Part shown: one piece after another, positions 60,116 through 64,000 of the stretch
How positions within the stretch are numbered: the first letter of the stretch is position 1
Layout: each line of letters begins with the position of its first letter
NCBI GenBank assembly: GCA_013239625.1
Contig: MU056000.1
Location: forward strand, 8,614,970 to 8,678,969
Direction of reading: 5' to 3'
Length of the DNA: 64,000 nucleotides
From: Lama guanicoe
Lineage: Eukaryota
Translations under genes and position numbers: made by a program
Notes under the pieces: model-generated
The model's input: only the letters and a program-made list of their open reading frames with translations
Database searches by the model: none
Told to the model about the DNA's origin: nothing

Positions 60116-61420
60116 TCATTCATGCATAAGATATTTATTGAGAGCTGTTTTCCTCCAGTTTCCCCAGAAGCAGAGCTTGAGATGCTGATTCTACTTTAAG
60201 TGATTTACTGAGGGCGGGATCTTTGAGGGGGAAAAGGGGAGAGGAGTAGCGTGTAGCATGGCAGAGAAGAAGCAAGGCAAGAACAGATGTAGGGAGTCAG
60301 CTGGATACCAGTTTGACTCTAACCGTTCGGAGAAACACGAGCACAAATTGGACAGAATTTTCTTCATCCTGGTTGGCTGGTGCAAGCTGGTCGGACTTCT
60401 GTACTGTGCCAGTCAACATCGGCCAAGCCCCACATTTGCTAAGGAGCGTGGAGCCCCTCAGGTGAGAGTGACGGGACTCCCCAGAGATCAGCCAGCTTTC
60501 CTTTCAGCTGGGGGATGGGTGCACTTGCTGGGGGAGAGGATGGGGCCGCTGACACCAGCTTCCACTGTGAACCCCTCGGAGAAACCAGCTGTTAGTCAAG
60601 GCACTGCGTATTTCATAAGAAGCCAGACAAACGAGTCACTGCCACCCCGGAGTCTTGGGCTAAGACGGTAAATAAATGCAAAAATTGTGTACTTTTGGGC
60701 AACGATAATTACTGTAAGAAAGTGAAGGAGAGCAATAGGATAGCAGTGATCACATGGAAGTTGGCAGAGCATTTTTTTCCCCCAGAACTTGTTTCTGGAT
60801 AATCTATCTCTAAATGGAACATTTGAGCAAAGACCGGAAGGATGAGAATGATTCCAGTTCTGGGGACATGTTGGGGAGAGGATGAGTTACAGACCTTCAG
60901 CAAATGTAAAGGCCTTGAGGTGGAGATGGGCATGCCTACTGATTTATCCTGAGAGGGGTCAAGAGTGATAGAATAACTGAGGGGTTCACCGGGTCGATGA
61001 TGTGGGCCTTTGTTGGTCAGGGATGTGTGTCTGGGTTTTTTTCCCAAATGTAATGTTGAATATAATGGAAAGCCATTGAAGAATTTCAAGCAGGAAGATT
61101 GCATATACAAGATAATTTACAATTTAGAATGTTCCCTTTAGTGACTGTATAGAGTTGGACTACAGTGAGCAAAGAGTGGAGAGACGAGGAAAAGGAAGGG
61201 GGCTTCTAGAGGAGACCACATGAGAGATGATGGCCCTGGCCCAGTGTGGACCAGCTTGGTAAAATGACAAGTGATTAGATGAAGATATATTTTGAAGGCA
61301 GAGCATTCTGATGTTTTGGGTGTTGGAGATGAGGAATGAAAAAGTCAAGTTATGACAATAACCTAATTGGTTCCACTTGACAAGAGGCTGAAGGCTGGGG
61401 AGCAGGTTTGGTGGACATGG
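60116..61420 (-). mobile_element. L2 3' region, interrupted by an LTR16-like element
   Basis: tcattcat..atatttattgagag tail; catttgagcaaagac; aaaggccttgaggtgg; ggaaagccattgaagaatttcaagcagg; atgagagatgatgg. Confidence 0.8.
60146..60568 (-). mobile_element. LTR16/LTR33-like ERVL LTR nested in L2
   Basis: tttccccagaagcagagcttgaga..aagtgatttactgagg..; ends accagcttccactg. Confidence 0.6.
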
Positions 61421-61869
61421 CTGGGAACACAGTGTGTGTCCCCATACACATAACTCATATATAAAATATGCATTTTTAATTTAATACTTTTGATTAATTA
61501 TAAATACATACATATGCATAATTGAGGGATGAACTACAGAGGTTATACTGGGTGTCCTAGCAAATAAAAAATAAAAGCAAATATCCCGGATTTTGGATTA
61601 TATAAACTGTTTTGGTTTCATTGCAATCTCAGTGTTAACCCTTGACTCCAAGATATTGCCTCCTGCAGGCCATCAATCGACCCTAAAAAGCACCAGCCAA
61701 GTTAAAATTTAAAAGCATCAGCACTATAAGATTTTACCACTCCTTCCTTCTCATACACAAAGTTAATTAAATGAGGCAGCCCAGATACCTCAATAATGAA
61801 TTAATTCTACATTAAGGATTAGCTTTCTGCGTCTCCAGAATTTATCAAACAAGAAGCAATTTGGTAAAG

Positions 61870-62030
61870 GGGAAAGGACACTTCATTTGAAGTTCAAAGA
61901 ACTGAGTCTGACCTCTTTTTCTGGGATGCGTGACCCTGGCAAGCAAGGGGACCTCAGTTTCTTCATCACTGATTCATGGTAAGAATATCTGTGTTATTTT
62001 GCTCAGTGTGAAATAGTTGTAACAGTAGAT
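61870..62030 (+). mobile_element. MIR fragment
   Basis: tgtgacc-like cgtgaccctggcaag..cctcagtttcttcatc. Confidence 0.55.
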
Positions 62031-62962
62031 GTGATAAAGTCATTCCTCATATATATTTATAAAGACACTTCATATATATATATGTCATTCTATGATGCAT
62101 CCCCGAATCAATTAGAAGGAGGACAGCTAAGAGAGACCTGGCTCAGTCTCATTTCTCCCTTTGCAGAGTCTTGCTTGACCCATACAGCTGGCTTTCTTTG
62201 TGTTTTGGGTCAGACTCCGAGACTGACTGCTGCCCCACATGGAGATGTCTGCTGATGTTTGAATTGTCTCCTCCACCTTCTTGGACCACTTGGTAAATTA
62301 ACCTTCCTTGGGCTGGGGTGCTTTTTCATTACCTATCCCCAATGTACCCTTAATGAGTGTGATTTGATAGTGTGATCTGGCTCTAGCGCCAGAAGGTCAA
62401 ATTTCAAACAGCATCCACAGATTGATATATAAATACATGTACATCAAAATTCACAGTGCATGTTCCTTAGGGATACTCAACAGTCTTTGAGAGGGAAGAC
62501 TCAAGATTCAGGCTGCCTGGCTCCACTCCTCATGATTACTGTGCAGTCTTGGTAAAACTCTCTGTAATCCATTGTGCTCTTTTGTAAAAGGTAAAGATCA
62601 AATGTTAAACACAAAATCAACGATTCTCTTAAAAGTAGAAGCAGAAAAACTTACACAACCTGAACTGTAAAAAGGAACTTTGCAAGGGTGGTAAACGGAG
62701 GTCAGATCAGGAGTCACCGATAGGAAATCCTGCGTTTAATACATATATTTTTCATGACACGCGAAAGCATTTTCTTTAAGTCCAGAGTACTGAGAAATCA
62801 CTCATTTCCTTAGACGTCTCAGGGAAAGAGGATTGGATTATACTCATTTTGTTTTGTTTCAAATCAGAGATGTTGCATCTTTTATTATAGTTTCTGTTAC
62901 TTGGCCTAGTTTAGATGACTGTAACTTGCCAGTAATGATCGTGGCTTAACAATCATTATTTT

Positions 62963-63075
62963 TTTTTAACATTTTTTATTGATTTATAATCATTTTACAA
63001 TGTTGTGTCAAATTCCAGTGTTCAGCACAATTTTTTGTCATTCATGGACATATACACACTCATTGTCACATTTTT
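62963..63075 (-). mobile_element. Young 113-bp L1 3'-end insertion with perfect 17-bp TSD
   Basis: T-tail then tttattgatttataatcattttacaatgttgtgtcaaattccagtgttcagcac; TSD ttaacaatcattatttt at 62946-62962 and 63076-63092. Confidence 0.9.
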
Positions 63076-63365
63076 TTAACAATCATTATTTTAAAAGAAG
63101 ATTTTGTGCAAAAAAACATATTGAAGATGAATATACATCTCCATGTCTATCTCGTATCCATCCATCAATCATCTCTCCATCCATAGATGTGAATAAGGTA
63201 ATTTTTACTCACATGTGATAACTTTACTGTGTTTTCTGAATTTACGTAACAGTTATAATTTCTGGCCTGTAATTGGAGAACATACCTCCAAAAGCCAAAT
63301 AAAATGTTCACTTTACAATTTCCATCTGTGTATGAATACTGTTTGTCAGTCATGGGCTTTCTTTC

Positions 63366-64000
63366 CTTTTTTAAAAAATCAAGGTATAATTGAGATATAG
63401 TAAAATTCAGATTTTTTAGTTTCATTTTCGTGTTTTGACAGAATTTTGACAGTCAAAAAACCATACCATAATCAAGATATAGAATATTTCCATTACACCC
63501 AAAATTTCTCCGGTGCTTTTTTTCAGTCGTTCTACTGGATGTATTTGGTTCTGCCTTGTGGTTTTAATTTGCATTTCTTTAGTAACTGATGATGTTGTAC
63601 AAGTTATCATGTGCTTTTACCCTTTTTTAAAAAATTGGATAGCTTGTTTTCTGATTATGGAATTTTGAGAGCTCTTTATAAGTCCCTCTCCAGATTTGTG
63701 ATTTGCCAATATTTTCTCTAATTTGTGGCTGGCTTCTCTGTACGTATTCTTTATAGTGTCATCATTTTAAAATAAATTTATCAATTTCATTCTTATGGAT
63801 TGTGGTTTTTATAAAGCTAAGAAATCTTCACCTACTTACAGTAGATGTTCTTCCATAGTTTATGTGAAAAGTTTTATAGTTTTAGATTTTACATATAGGT
63901 CTACAGAACAGTGTGTATTGATTTTTGTTAAGAGATGAGGTAAGAATCAATGCTCATGTTTTTGTCACATGGATATTTAATTGTGTGAGCACCATTTCTT
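63366..64000 (-). mobile_element. Old L1 (L1ME/MB-like) 3' UTR and ORF2 fragments
   Basis: ataatcaagatatagaatatttccattacaccc; gtggttttaatttgcatttc (reverse strand gives KEMQIKTTR). Confidence 0.85.

Noticed and set aside
60258..61110. 137-aa and 133-aa ORFs
   Set aside because: They lie within LTR16-like and L2 repeats with no coding signature.
1..64000. CRISPR array, operon, phage-defence or other prokaryotic-type system
   Set aside because: Mammalian repeat landscape with no gene-dense ORFs or regularly spaced repeat-spacer units; the short tandem duplications have only two units.

Overview
AT-rich, repeat-rich mammalian genomic DNA, intergenic or deep intronic. It is most likely from a camelid (camel/alpaca/llama), inferred from the tRNA-derived SINE and the L1 3' ends; no Alu, B1/B2, BovB or CAN-SINE was seen. 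I recognise no protein-coding gene, RNA gene, CRISPR array or prokaryotic-type system. The ORF track is mostly noise, microsatellite translations or decayed L1 ORF2 fragments. Much of the window is transposon debris: old and young L1, L2, MIR, MaLR/ERVL/ERV1 LTRs, and hAT-Charlie and Tigger fossils. Subfamily names are from memory of consensus sequences, boundaries are approximate, and both need RepeatMasker/Dfam confirmation. The best unexplained signals are in unique sequence: (i) closely spaced short exon-like segments with canonical splice signals at 10.8-11.2 kb, a candidate + strand spliced non-coding or micropeptide transcript; (ii) a GC-rich patch at 3.2-3.75 kb with a G4 motif and a perfect Kozak ATG opening a 141-codon ORF; (iii) candidate regulatory modules at 16.6-16.8, 21.0-21.6 and 33.1-34.4 kb. 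Several retrotransposition structures are directly readable: target-site duplications (TSDs), a 5'-inverted L1, an internally deleted L1 keeping both ends, and a solo LTR. None of this is proof of a new biological system.
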